Of a DNA stretch of 57,162 nt, positions 8,872 to 19,633 are shown piece after piece (position 1 is the first letter of the stretch; each line of letters begins with the position of its first letter). Under the pieces are notes generated by a model. It was not told the DNA's origin. It was given only the letters and a program-made list of their open reading frames with translations, and did not search any database. Made by a program: the position numbers and the translations under genes. Origin of the DNA: Craspedostauros australis (lineage: Eukaryota); the NCBI GenBank assembly GCA_030167865.1, contig JALAGF010002951.1, positions 1 through 57,162 of the forward strand, read 5' to 3'.

Positions 8872-10707
8872 CTATCTTTCATCAGCAGACTCGGATGGAC
8901 TCTCGCAGGACCCATACGAAGCAGAGCTGCGCGCAGTTCGATTGGCTGCCCACGAATCCCCGTCATCAAGGCAGAGTGCGCCACCTTCTCTTGGATTGCT
9001 GCTGTCGTCATTTTGCGAGTCTTCCAGATCAGTAAAGGTGGTCTGCCTTTGCGCCAAGGTATCATTCGTGACGAGCATGCTGTTGCCCACATGGCCGATG
9101 CTGCCGTCAGGGTCGTTGCTGGATGTCAGGTTCCGAGAGTTGGCCTTATCCGCTGGCAACGCACATGCTGCCGCCACAGCGAAGAGATACAACGCACCCG
9201 CCGCCACGAACATCGTACCCTCACCAAACATGGCATCGTCAGCACGGACATGATCCACATATCGCAGAAATACCGGACCAACACCGGATGCCAACGCCTG
9301 CAATGAGTACAACGCACCCTGGATCTGACCCTGCTCGCTGATGGAAACGTTGTTCGCCTTGATGGCAGAGATGACAGGAAAGGACATGCTCGAGAATGAA
9401 CCGATCGTCACCGCCCACAGTATGGAAGCCTTGTCTGTCGCGATGCCGTAGAGGACGTTCTGGATCGATCCCACGACGAAGCAGCACGTGATGAGCAGCT
9501 TCTCACCCAAACAGTCGTTGAGAGGCTTCAGCAGGACGGCCTGCGAGAGCATGCCGAGGCCGCCGATGATGAGGAACATGTGGGAGATGTCGATGGCAGT
9601 GAAGCTGAGTGTGTCTTCGACGTAGTACACTAGAAGGGTTTGATCGGCCGAAGTTACCATGCCGCTGAAGAAGGCCAGGATAGAAAGGAGACGGAAGAAG
9701 TTGTTTCGATTGAGGATGGTCATGGTCCGCATGGGGTTTGTGATTGTGCGAAAGATATGGCGACACTGCACCGCGATGGGGGAACCTGCTCCTTGCTGCA
9801 GTTGCTGATTCTGCTCTTCTTGCAACCGCCTTTGCTTGGCTTCGTGGGCTGCATGTGGTGGCAGTGTCTCCGGCAAGAAGAAGATGCTGTAACCTGCGCC
9901 AATTAGTAGGAGTGTGGCTGACAAGACCGAGAGTTGGAAGTTGTCGAAGAACAGTGCCAGAGTCGGTGCCAGGGAAAGGCCTAACATGAAGCTACAGAGG
10001 AACAGCCCGATGGCCGGCGCTCTCCAATGCGTGGGGATGACATCGGAAATGGCTGAGATGGCAATGGCAATCCAATTGATCAGACCTGTGCTTGCCCTCA
10101 ATGTGTAGTACCAAGATGGGGGAGATGAAGATGGCGCCAGCTGCGTGATGACCAGGTAGATCGGTCCCAGGGTGCTCAACCCCATCCCGATCAGAAGGAA
10201 TCGACGCCGTCCCAGCTCGTCGCTCAACGACCCGATCCAGGAGCTCAAGAGGAAGGTGAAGATGTTAGAGATGAGACTCTCTGTTGCGGCCGCATCCTGT
10301 GCGTCTGCCGCTGCCCACAAGCACTCGCTCGGTTTCAACGATGCATCATGGATTGCGGAACATGTCCCATCGTAACCATGACGGAAGCGAGCGAACTGAT
10401 CCGTCATGACGGCAGGAACGACGCTGATGACACATCCGAATGCAAATGCGTAGAGGAGGGTGACGATGGCCAGTTGAACCGGTCCCTCGGTTTGGGCAAC
10501 CTCCATGACGAAAGACTGGCGTCGTCTACGGTTGTCCCCGCTGAAGATGCTGGTGCGTGCAGGCATCGCTGTCAGCGGATCGCTGGGCAATGCGTGGTTG
10601 CCAGGGTTGGTTTGGTTGCTCTTGAGATTGCTGCTGCTGCTGTTGCTACTGCTATTGTTGGTGGAGTTGGAAAGATCCAACAACGGATCGTTCAGGCCAT
10701 CCGACAT
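8872..10707 (-). CDS. MFS transporter, MFSD14/HIAT1 (TetA-like DHA1) type, 611 aa
   Basis: Intronless ORF with about 12 hydrophobic helices. MFS motif A GSLSDELGRRRFLL, AISAISDV, and EQGQIQGALYSLQALASGVGP are typical of MFSD14/HIAT1. Confidence 0.9.
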   Translation of the reverse strand: MSDGLNDPLLDLSNSTNNSSSNSSSSNLKSNQTNPGNHALPSDPLTAMPARTSIFSGDNRRRRQSFVMEVAQTEGPVQLAIVTLLYAFAFGCVISVVPAVMTDQFARFRHGYDGTCSAIHDASLKPSECLWAAADAQDAAATESLISNIFTFLLSSWIGSLSDELGRRRFLLIGMGLSTLGPIYLVITQLAPSSSPPSWYYTLRASTGLINWIAIAISAISDVIPTHWRAPAIGLFLCSFMLGLSLAPTLALFFDNFQLSVLSATLLLIGAGYSIFFLPETLPPHAAHEAKQRRLQEEQNQQLQQGAGSPIAVQCRHIFRTITNPMRTMTILNRNNFFRLLSILAFFSGMVTSADQTLLVYYVEDTLSFTAIDISHMFLIIGGLGMLSQAVLLKPLNDCLGEKLLITCCFVVGSIQNVLYGIATDKASILWAVTIGSFSSMSFPVISAIKANNVSISEQGQIQGALYSLQALASGVGPVFLRYVDHVRADDAMFGEGTMFVAAGALYLFAVAAACALPADKANSRNLTSSNDPDGSIGHVGNSMLVTNDTLAQRQTTFTDLEDSQNDDSSNPREGGALCLDDGDSWAANRTARSSASYGSCESPSESADER

Positions 10708-11938
10708 GATTTCTCACGAGTTGCTCGTAGTTGTAGATTACAGAAGTCCGATCTTTTGTGCCGATGCTGATGCTGATGTCAGATCTCACGTTCCTCTGAT
10801 GGCTGCTCAAGAGATCGAGATGTGAAGTCAATGCCACAATCCTTTCCAGAGCAGTAGAAAATGTGAGAGAGCACCACAATCCACGAAAAAGAAAGAGTTG
10901 ATGGCGTTGCGAAATCGAAGTGTCCCCCCTCTTGTGTCGATCTGAAGAGTTCTGTCCGAACCGCCTTCACCGTGAAGGCGGTTGCTCTCCCTTGATGCCG
11001 CAGAGGAGTCCTTGTTCTCTGACTCTTTCATCGTGGTGCTCTCCTCATACGACTACCATACAACCAACACGCACTCGCACGCACTCGCACGCCTTGTTGT
11101 GGTTGGCTTCCCGTCTTTCCGTGTCGAAGTCGTCAGCGTTCTTCACATCTTTGTTCTTTCGTCATTCCACGTCAACGATCGTTTTTTTGTGAGGAAAAAC
11201 GCACCATTCCATTTTCGTTTTCCACGTCATCGCGACAGTTCGTTTTCCAGTCACAAACTGTCTCAGACACGTTCTCAAAATGCCTTGTCTGATTTCATAG
11301 ACTGATGAAATCGTTTCAACGAAACAGATATCAGTGGAGGGGTACTCATGTGCGCGAGCAATGTGATAGACAACGTCTTTGTTGCAGTACTTGTGGGGAG
11401 GGTACTTCAAGACACACCAGTCCCACCCTTTGCTGCGCTGCAGCGATGTTGGATCAAGCATATAATATTGTAGACAAGCACTCCGATTGGTACACGCATA
11501 ATTGTAGCAAGATGCGGAACTCTCAAACAAAGAAGCAAGGCTGCAGCCAAACGAAAAGATGGGGTTAGTGTAAAGTGATGCTACTCGTAGGTTGTACCTG
11601 TGTTCGTTCCATTGGTCCATTGGTCAACGATTAATTCATTGATCAATATGTCGAGTTGGCTGTTATCCTCCAATGTGTGCCCTATCTGTGTCCTGAGATC
11701 TGATCGATGTTCACGCATGGCACGGTGTTGGCTTTGCTTATTTTCATTTCATGTCACTTGCCTCCTTTCCGTTCGCATTTCCCCGTCAGTATTGAATTCA
11801 TTCCACCCAACACACCACGCTGTGAGTCGGAGTGCGTGCCTTGCGAACATTCACACTGGCGCTCCTGCTCCTTCTCTCTCTGGAGAGATTGAGCAGCATT
11901 TGAGCCGGTTCCAATGCGATTGTTATCGCCCGTGCAAT

Positions 11939-12969
11939 TTAGCTAAAGATATTTCGGAGACCATCAAAGACGCCCTTCTGCTCCTTTGGCTCGACTGGCA
12001 TAACATCCTTCTTCTTTTCCTCGCTAAGGCCCTCGAAATCGAGCTTGTATCCGAACTGCAGATCATCCTTGGCCTTGCGGAGCTGGGGGTAGGCGCGGAA
12101 GACGGTCTCCTTGAGCCTGGCCAGGTCGCTGTAGAGGGATCCGGCGATGCCGCCATCGAGCTGCTTCTTTGAGATGCCCGACAGGAAGCCGTCTTCGGAG
12201 TACGACTTGGCAAGGGCGGCGGAACGCTCGTCACCCTTGAAGCTCCCGCATGGGTACCACATCTGCATGCGCGTTGCCGTTGTTGATTGTTGTGCGAGTA
12301 TGGTATCGAAATTGGTATTGATGCCGAGCAGCACAAAACAGGGCAGCAGAGTTGATTTCAGTCGAGCAGGAACAGTTGGAGGAATCCAGTTTGTGTGCAA
12401 TGGTATCGTTGAGATGACAGTGAGATGGATGGCAAAAGGGTGAGCGCTGAGGATTGCGAGCATTCGGGAAAGCGCCGGTTGTAGCAAAAACCGGCATTCG
12501 CAGATCGCAGCACCAAACGAAAGCCTGCAGAGCATGCACCCGGAATGGCACAGAGTGCTCTGGAATATCATACTCCAGAGAGTCTCAACAATCATTTCCA
12601 ATGAGTGCAATGAGCGCAATGAACACGCTGATCCCAAAGTGGAAAGGAATGACGTACGTTGGCCTTGTCGGTGCGGACGAAGAGGTTGAAGACGGGAAGA
12701 CCGTCAGCACCTGCCTGCGATGCCTCCATCATCTGTCCTCTCATCTCGGCCATCTCCTTCTGCTTCTTGTACTGCCCTCTCAACTGCGGCGGGACGTTGG
12801 CCTTGCCCTTCTTCATGACGAGCATGCTGGTGCTGCGGGCGGCGCAGCTCTCTCCGGTCATCAGCACGGTTCCACCGAAGGCGGATGCCTGGTGCTGCGA
12901 ACCGACGGAGAAGGCATTGACGTTGGCGACAGCAGCCACCAGAGCGCACAGGATCATTGATCGCATCAT
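11939..12969 (-). CDS. Plastid-targeted HHL1-like protein (PSII repair/high-light family), 2 exons: 12969-12658 and 12262-11939, about 211 aa
   Basis: Signal peptide plus NA-FSV cleavage motif. GT-AG intron 12657-12263 (AAC/gtacgt...atgcag/ATG) joins LPVFNLFVRTDKAN to MWYPCGSFKGD...YPQLRKAKDDLQFGYKL, the motif set I recognise as HHL1-like. Confidence 0.8.
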
Positions 12970-13248
12970 CTTCAATTCTATTTATTTGTTGGGTATTGCT
13001 GGGTATTGTTGGATATTGTTGGTGTCGATCGCTTTGGTTGTATTGTGGTTTGCTGTGGGTGTGATTGCTGACACTCGCGTTCTGCGCTATGGGTACTTGT
13101 GTTCGTCTGGTACGGCGACGTTGGTGCATCCGCAACCGACAGTCGGGAGGGTGTGGTTGCTGATGATGTGTTTGGACAGGTGGGTGAGTGAGTCGGTGAC
13201 CGAAAACGTGTTGTTGAGACGATCTTTCGCGGTGTTGTGGCGCGAAGC

Positions 13249-13262
13249 TGACGTTGTGACGT
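13249..13262. promoter_or_regulatory. Tandem TGACGT (bZIP/aureochrome-type) sites in the divergent HHL1-like / giant-protein intergenic region
   Basis: TGACGTtgTGACGT lies about 280 bp upstream of the HHL1-like ATG. Function is inferred only. Confidence 0.35.
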
Positions 13263-13675
13263 TGCGTTGTGGCAAAACAAGAACGCATTCCATTCACGAA
13301 CTTGGCGGGCACATGCCAGACGGGGAACTATATCGGTCCATATGTATTCGCTAGAGTCGCTGGAGCACAGGTAGTCGAATAGTCCGACCAAAACACAAAC
13401 TGTTGCTTCGTCTTCACCAACCAAACCGATGCCCCCAACAACTGCGATGGTAGCTTCACAGGCAACCGCGCTCACGCAATCAGCCATCTCTCGTTACTTG
13501 GGCTTCTTTTGTCTCTGCAGATCGTTCTTGTGCACATCTGGATGCCCTCCCCTTGTGCTCTCCTTGTGCTCGAACTTGTTGGCATGTCAAAGGCTTCGTT
13601 GGTGGGATCAGGGTCAGGATCAGGTCGCGAGATCTGGAAGAATCGATTGAATAGCCCTACCCTTAGCAGAGAGCC

Positions 13676-16600
13676 ATGCCGGTCAGCAAACGCCAAAGCG
13701 CAGCGAGGCGCAAGGGCACGAGGGGCTCGACCACGCAGACGGCGGCTGAGGCGGCATCGAAGACAGCAGTGAGGCCCAAAGCAAAGGGGAAGGCGAGAGC
13801 GAAGGCAGCAACAAATGGAAGAGGACAATCAGGAGGGCGGGGAGCACGAAGGACGCAGAATGGATCAGCGTCGAAGAAGCGGCTGCTTCAAGCTGCGGAT
13901 GAGACGCTCCAAACCGCACCTCAAAAAATGCCCCAAACCATGACAGAGCCAGCATCGAAGTCAGCATCGAAGTCAGCATCGAAGTCAGCATCGAAGCCAA
14001 CGCCCATTCACTTCACGGTTGAGTTTTCCTGGATCAAGGGCCATCGATTGCATTGCTCAGAGGATGCCGCATCGACGAAGACGGTGCAGCGTTGGCTCTA
14101 CGATCTCATCATGGCGACCCCTCTCCAGGTTCTCAAGAAGTTGGAGTACATCATCATCAACGGTGACCATCAAAGCATCCACAGCCGTTGCGTCAGCATC
14201 AGCACCACCAACGATACCAGTGAAACAAACAGCAATGCATTGTCGGAACGCCTTGAGGAACGATCGCAGGCCACCCTCACATCTTCCTACCAATCCTCCA
14301 CGCAGGGTGCCGATGAGGTCATTGAGATCATCTGCGGCACGAGCACTCCGCCGGTCCATGTTCTCAGCGCGCGCAACCTTGAAGGCGAAGAGCCGACGGA
14401 GCGGTACTACCTTGGCTTGCAGCGATCGAAGTCATGCGATGATGGCACGTCTTCCAATAAGGGCAGTACTAGTGACAGCGATAGTGATAGTGGAAGCAGG
14501 AATAGCAACAGCAGGAATAGCAACAGCCACACCACGAGTTCCAATTCAGCCAACACTGGATCAGCTTCAGATTATTCAGCGAGCACAAATGGTGCAACCA
14601 ATGGTCCGTTGGCCTTCAGAGTTGATGATTCCTTCGTTGGCATCATTACGAAGGGGAGCCACCTCACGCTCACGCTCCATCGCAGTGCACCATGGGGGGA
14701 TGGCGACAGCCATGCCGCTGCCTTCGCCAACAAGACAAGGAAACCCAAATTCATCCACCTGAGACGTCGTCAACGCATCATGGCCTTCGTGACTGGCAAC
14801 AGTGTTAACTCTGTCACATCCAACGCAACTCAATCGGTGTCACGCCAATCCCACCCGGCAGACATCCAGCCACATCGTGACGGATCCTCCGACCAACAGA
14901 AGCTGCCGAAGGTGGTGGCAACCAAAAAGCGACCTTCTCGCGGTCTGAGCAAGCGGCAGCGCAACCCCACGAATCGCCGCGACCCTCCTTCGTCATCATC
15001 GGATGCTGATGAGGACCAATACCCACCACCCCGTCCGATCGCAAAGAGTCCTCGTTATCACATCAGTGCGATTTCCAATCCTCGTTCGCAGCGACAACGG
15101 CAAGACGACGGTTCGGACGATAACAATGCCAACAACAGAAGCGATCATGCGAGTGCTAGTGCCAATTTCAATGGCAATGACAATGCCAATGCCAATGCCA
15201 AACGACGGAGATCAGATACGGCATCCAACCGGGAGCAAAATCCAGGAGACAGCAAAAGTCCACCACCAAAGCGACGTCGACGAGTGCAACGCTCATCGAG
15301 CGGACTGGAAACCGAAAGTCACAGCGCTGATCACAGCGCCGATCACAACATGAACAGCAACAACAATGACCGCAACGACGGCAACGTTAGCAATCACCAA
15401 ACGAACACTGGCCGTAAGAGATCCCGATCAAGCGACCCTGCCGATAGTGAACACGATTGCCACTCCCAGGTGTCCGAGGTTTCCAGCCTGACGGGTGCAG
15501 GCCGTTCCAAGGCCGATGACTCCGAAGACAGCGAGAAGGACAACAAGGATGATCATGATCATGATGACGATGACGATTGTGTCAACGTCGATAACAACCA
15601 ACCAAACCAATGTGCTGGTGGCACTGTGCACCAACACGTAAACAAGAGGATCGCAAAGGCAAACGCAAAGACGAGCAACAACAAGAAGTTATGCACTGAC
15701 GGCATGATTCGTATCACGTCACCGTCACCAAACAATGGTCCGAGTCCCCGCACCAGGACCGCAAGGAGGAAGCGACTGAATGGTCAGCATAGTGGTCATT
15801 CTATGTCTGCTGGAGGATCAATACAAAGCGGGGCAAGATCTGCATCCAACAGCCCCGAAGAAGATGTCTTCGTCTTCCCAGGCACCAACGACGATGACTA
15901 CCGTCGCCGCAGCCGTACTGTGGCGCGTAAAAAGAACACTGCGAACAGCCACGACGACGATGAAAGATACAATGAAAATGAAAGTGATGACTTCATGCAT
16001 GCCGATGGCGGAGGTGAAGATGGCAGCGTCCACTCTGTCGGCAGGTCCAACGCCCACGGCGCAAAGACACCAGCACCTGACGCATGGACAACGCGCGCGA
16101 CTGAAGATCGCCATAGCAATGGAACGAGTCCGCCATCGAGCTTGGAGAAGGTCCAACGGAGTCTCAAATTTGAAACTCCGATGAGCCAGCGACCAAATGG
16201 AAAAGTGAACCATCGATCGTCTCAAACGCGCCAAAGGACAGGAACATCCTCAGCAACGACAGCAGCAGCAACAGCACCATCCTATTCGCAAGCTGCGCCG
16301 TTGGCTCCGGGTCACAGGCATCACGGGGCGGTTTCTCGATCGACGCCCAAGCCTACCATTCCGAACCGCAAGGAACCCATGGACACGGAACACAATGTCT
16401 TCCTTTTTCGAACTATCCGCAGATCTGAATTCGGAGGTTGCAAATGGTTCCTCCAACAAATGCGGGACATTGCCATCGATCTCGATACCGTTCACAAAGC
16501 AGCCACATCAAAGATCATAGACTTCGTAGTGAAGGAGTTCACACTGCGACTCAAAATGCAGGACCGGACCGTCTACAGGCTTCCGAAAGGCGTGGCTGCG

Positions 16601-19600
16601 CCCACAAGTGCCAAAGATTGGATTGTCCTAGAAGGTGAACAGCTGCGGTTGGAACTCAAGGAGTTCATCCAAAAGGAACGAAAGTACCAGACGTATCAGG
16701 CCCACTTGAAGGGTCTCCCGTATGGGCCACAAAAGAATGCCCAGATCCCATGGACGCTCAAGGGACAGATATTTGTCTTTGGCGGCTTTCCGGGAGGCAC
16801 AGACCTCTACGGCAACCATTGGTTCGTCGGCCATCTTCGAAACCGCATCAAGCGATTTAAGGTGGCCAACAACTCTGCCCGCAAGGCCCTCATCGAAGGT
16901 ACCATGGCCATTTTGAGCAAACGCAACATCTTCGCTTTCCAGATCTGCGTTGACGGCGAATGGCGACAACTCTCGACTCCGGCGCTACGCAAAGAAGTGA
17001 TAAGTGCGTATCAGTCATCCCTGAAGGGTGACACCTCCAAGAGCGACGGGGCCTCATCGTTGTCAGCCTCGTCCTCCTCAGTATCCACCCGTGTCGGTCC
17101 CAAGGGTCCCACGCCAACACTCCAACAACATGCCGTATCGAGTGCGCGCAATTCGACTGACGCTGAGAAGCAAGCAACAAAGAGAATAGAACATGGTAAG
17201 TCCGGCAATACAGAGGAAGCCACCGATGCTGATCGAGATGCAAAGCAGCCAGCAGCAACGGCAGCAGCAGCAGTACTTACGAAGAATGGAGGCAAAGCCA
17301 CCAAACTCAAACGAAATGGCATTCACGATGGGAAGCCTTCAGCACAAAGAGCCCAAACCACATCCACATCTCGACCAGCCAAGATCCAACAGTCATCTGC
17401 GTCGAGCGAAAGCAAGCAACCGTCCTCAGATAAGAGCCAACAACCAGGCAAAAAAGAAACAGAGAACGACAACAACGACGACGACGATGAATCAAGTGCA
17501 TCGTCATCCTCCTCCTCGCCTCCATCCGTTGCGAGTGATACGATGCCCGAGAAGCCCAGCCAAGGTAACGATGAGGAAAAAGCGAAGGAAACCTCGAATG
17601 CGCAAGCAACGAGTGACGATGTCAACGACATTGACGACGATGCTCCCATTCTCATGGACATTGACGTTGGTGATGGTGGTGGCGACAGTGATGGTCAGCC
17701 CAGCGATGATAGGTCACATTCGGCATCATCAGGATCGATGTCTGGATCATCGGTATCCGGCTCGTCGGGAACGGGACCATCCCAGTCCGCATCATCGACC
17801 TCGAGCTCTTCGCGCTCAAACCTGTCAGCCTCCGCATCATCCAACGACCAATCTCAAGATGCAAACCAAGCAAATGCCCATGCATCGTTTGTGGAACCAG
17901 ATGGTAAGGTGGCTGGTCACGTGATTCTGGCGTCCCAAAAGATCAGCGTTGCGGACAACAGCACCGCGAAGACTACAGAAACCGATGATATTGAGAAGCC
18001 CCAAGCTGCACCATGCGTTCAACGTGAGATACGAAAAATACGCAAGCATAATGTCGCCAATCCAAATCAGCAACCCAAGGACGGAGGCAGCGCAAGTGGC
18101 AGTGACAGCGATAGTGAAAATGGAAACGGAGGTGGCAGCAGTGTCGACAGTGATAGCGAGAGCGAGAATGAATCAAGCAGAAGCTCGCGCTCGTCGAACG
18201 CATCGTCGTCGCAATCATCACGATCCTCAGGAACAACGTCAGAATCAACTTCAGCATCGTCGTCGGAGTCTTCTGATTCTGACTCGGACTCGGACGACGT
18301 TGCCTCAACACAAACGAAGATAACTACTCCCGGGTCCAAGGCTTCCAGAAAACCAAAACCAATCGTTCAACCCAACAACTCTCACAATGCCAATGCCGCC
18401 AACTCCACTAAACCGCAGCTGAAACCAAATGCCACGCAGGTACGACCACCAGCAAGCGCGGTGGCTGGGGTCGATCAGAAACCCACCAATGGCGAAAGCT
18501 GGTCTCGCGCCACCCCAAACAACCATACACACAGCGAAGAAAATGGAACAAGCGAGTCAAAAAGAGGATACTCACAAGACAGCTCCACTTCCGGTGCCAG
18601 CGGAAGCTCTGGGTCTTCGACAGTCATCCCTCCCTTGTCGACAAACCGAGCGAGTCCTGTCAGTCCAGTGATGACCCTAACGCAGCAATCAGACCCGGAG
18701 GACAAAACCGGATTGTTGAGCGATGCTGAGACGCAGACGCAGACCCTGACGCAAGTGCTTGAAGCGCACGACAGGCTGTTCAACGCTTCTCCGACCACGG
18801 CGCATGGACGAGGGATTACGTCGGCATTGCCATCAATCGATGAAGAGCTTGCGATGGGCCTTACGCAAGCTTCCGATGAACGAGGTGTTGAGGCGGTCGA
18901 GTCGAAGAGAACAGCCGCCGCTGCTTCCCAAGCGTCGCCAATCAAGACCGAACCAAAATCTCAGGAATTCCCGAGCACTTCCACAATGGGTGAGAAGGAA
19001 GTCGGCAACGAGTCAAGTGCAAGCAGCAGTGGCGCCGATAGCAATAGCGACAGTAATAGTGACAGCAGCGGAAGCAGCGACGAAAGCAGCACAGGCATGA
19101 TTGACGACATTGGAGAGAACGATACCAACGGCAACCAAATTCATGTTCAAAAGGATGTGCAGCAAGGCGTTCAAAAGGACGTCCAAAAGCACCACAGTGG
19201 CCGTGGGGACGATAGCAACGATGCGCCTGACGATGATGATGGCGATGATGATCGGAGTGTGAGCAGCGACAGCAGCAGTGGCTCCTCTTCCAGTAGCAGT
19301 AGCAGCAGCAGCAGCAGCAGCTCTTCATCATCATCATCCTCGTCGTCATCGCCATCATCGGGATCGTCAAACGACACAGTCGCATCACATCGCTCGCATT
19401 CTCTCGGATCAAGCACTACCTTCACGAGTTTGTCGACGACTTCCGTTAGCATCCAGGATGCCAACCTGAGCCGCCAAATAGGTTGTCACAAGACGCCCAT
19501 GAAGCAGAGAAGCGTCGGTGGCCGACCAAAGTCGCGATTTGTCCCACGCTCCGCTCCGCCCAAGAAGCGACCGTTGCTTGGCGCGAAGAAGTTCGTTTTC

Positions 19601-19633
19601 ATCGGCAAAGGTGGGCGCAAATCAATGTCGTAG
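13676..19633 (+). CDS. 1985-aa mostly disordered S/D/N/K-rich nuclear-type protein with two degenerate DUF6824-like units (about 16391-17020)
   Basis: A 5.9-kb uninterrupted ORF with multiple NLS-like clusters (PPPKRRRRV, RKKR, PPKKRP). Unit 2 (IFVFGG...YGNHWF...RKALIEGTMAIL...F...GEWRQLS...RKEVISAY) fits the diatom-expanded DUF6824 pattern. Confidence 0.75.
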   Translation: MPVSKRQSAARRKGTRGSTTQTAAEAASKTAVRPKAKGKARAKAATNGRGQSGGRGARRTQNGSASKKRLLQAADETLQTAPQKMPQTMTEPASKSASKSASKSASKPTPIHFTVEFSWIKGHRLHCSEDAASTKTVQRWLYDLIMATPLQVLKKLEYIIINGDHQSIHSRCVSISTTNDTSETNSNALSERLEERSQATLTSSYQSSTQGADEVIEIICGTSTPPVHVLSARNLEGEEPTERYYLGLQRSKSCDDGTSSNKGSTSDSDSDSGSRNSNSRNSNSHTTSSNSANTGSASDYSASTNGATNGPLAFRVDDSFVGIITKGSHLTLTLHRSAPWGDGDSHAAAFANKTRKPKFIHLRRRQRIMAFVTGNSVNSVTSNATQSVSRQSHPADIQPHRDGSSDQQKLPKVVATKKRPSRGLSKRQRNPTNRRDPPSSSSDADEDQYPPPRPIAKSPRYHISAISNPRSQRQRQDDGSDDNNANNRSDHASASANFNGNDNANANAKRRRSDTASNREQNPGDSKSPPPKRRRRVQRSSSGLETESHSADHSADHNMNSNNNDRNDGNVSNHQTNTGRKRSRSSDPADSEHDCHSQVSEVSSLTGAGRSKADDSEDSEKDNKDDHDHDDDDDCVNVDNNQPNQCAGGTVHQHVNKRIAKANAKTSNNKKLCTDGMIRITSPSPNNGPSPRTRTARRKRLNGQHSGHSMSAGGSIQSGARSASNSPEEDVFVFPGTNDDDYRRRSRTVARKKNTANSHDDDERYNENESDDFMHADGGGEDGSVHSVGRSNAHGAKTPAPDAWTTRATEDRHSNGTSPPSSLEKVQRSLKFETPMSQRPNGKVNHRSSQTRQRTGTSSATTAAATAPSYSQAAPLAPGHRHHGAVSRSTPKPTIPNRKEPMDTEHNVFLFRTIRRSEFGGCKWFLQQMRDIAIDLDTVHKAATSKIIDFVVKEFTLRLKMQDRTVYRLPKGVAAPTSAKDWIVLEGEQLRLELKEFIQKERKYQTYQAHLKGLPYGPQKNAQIPWTLKGQIFVFGGFPGGTDLYGNHWFVGHLRNRIKRFKVANNSARKALIEGTMAILSKRNIFAFQICVDGEWRQLSTPALRKEVISAYQSSLKGDTSKSDGASSLSASSSSVSTRVGPKGPTPTLQQHAVSSARNSTDAEKQATKRIEHGKSGNTEEATDADRDAKQPAATAAAAVLTKNGGKATKLKRNGIHDGKPSAQRAQTTSTSRPAKIQQSSASSESKQPSSDKSQQPGKKETENDNNDDDDESSASSSSSSPPSVASDTMPEKPSQGNDEEKAKETSNAQATSDDVNDIDDDAPILMDIDVGDGGGDSDGQPSDDRSHSASSGSMSGSSVSGSSGTGPSQSASSTSSSSRSNLSASASSNDQSQDANQANAHASFVEPDGKVAGHVILASQKISVADNSTAKTTETDDIEKPQAAPCVQREIRKIRKHNVANPNQQPKDGGSASGSDSDSENGNGGGSSVDSDSESENESSRSSRSSNASSSQSSRSSGTTSESTSASSSESSDSDSDSDDVASTQTKITTPGSKASRKPKPIVQPNNSHNANAANSTKPQLKPNATQVRPPASAVAGVDQKPTNGESWSRATPNNHTHSEENGTSESKRGYSQDSSTSGASGSSGSSTVIPPLSTNRASPVSPVMTLTQQSDPEDKTGLLSDAETQTQTLTQVLEAHDRLFNASPTTAHGRGITSALPSIDEELAMGLTQASDERGVEAVESKRTAAAASQASPIKTEPKSQEFPSTSTMGEKEVGNESSASSSGADSNSDSNSDSSGSSDESSTGMIDDIGENDTNGNQIHVQKDVQQGVQKDVQKHHSGRGDDSNDAPDDDDGDDDRSVSSDSSSGSSSSSSSSSSSSSSSSSSSSSSSPSSGSSNDTVASHRSHSLGSSTTFTSLSTTSVSIQDANLSRQIGCHKTPMKQRSVGGRPKSRFVPRSAPPKKRPLLGAKKFVFIGKGGRKSMS
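13950..13996 (+). repeat. Coding 12-bp tandem repeat CAGCATCGAAGT x~4 (ASKS repeats)
   Basis: Read directly from the sequence; encodes PASKSASKSASKSASK. Confidence 0.9.
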
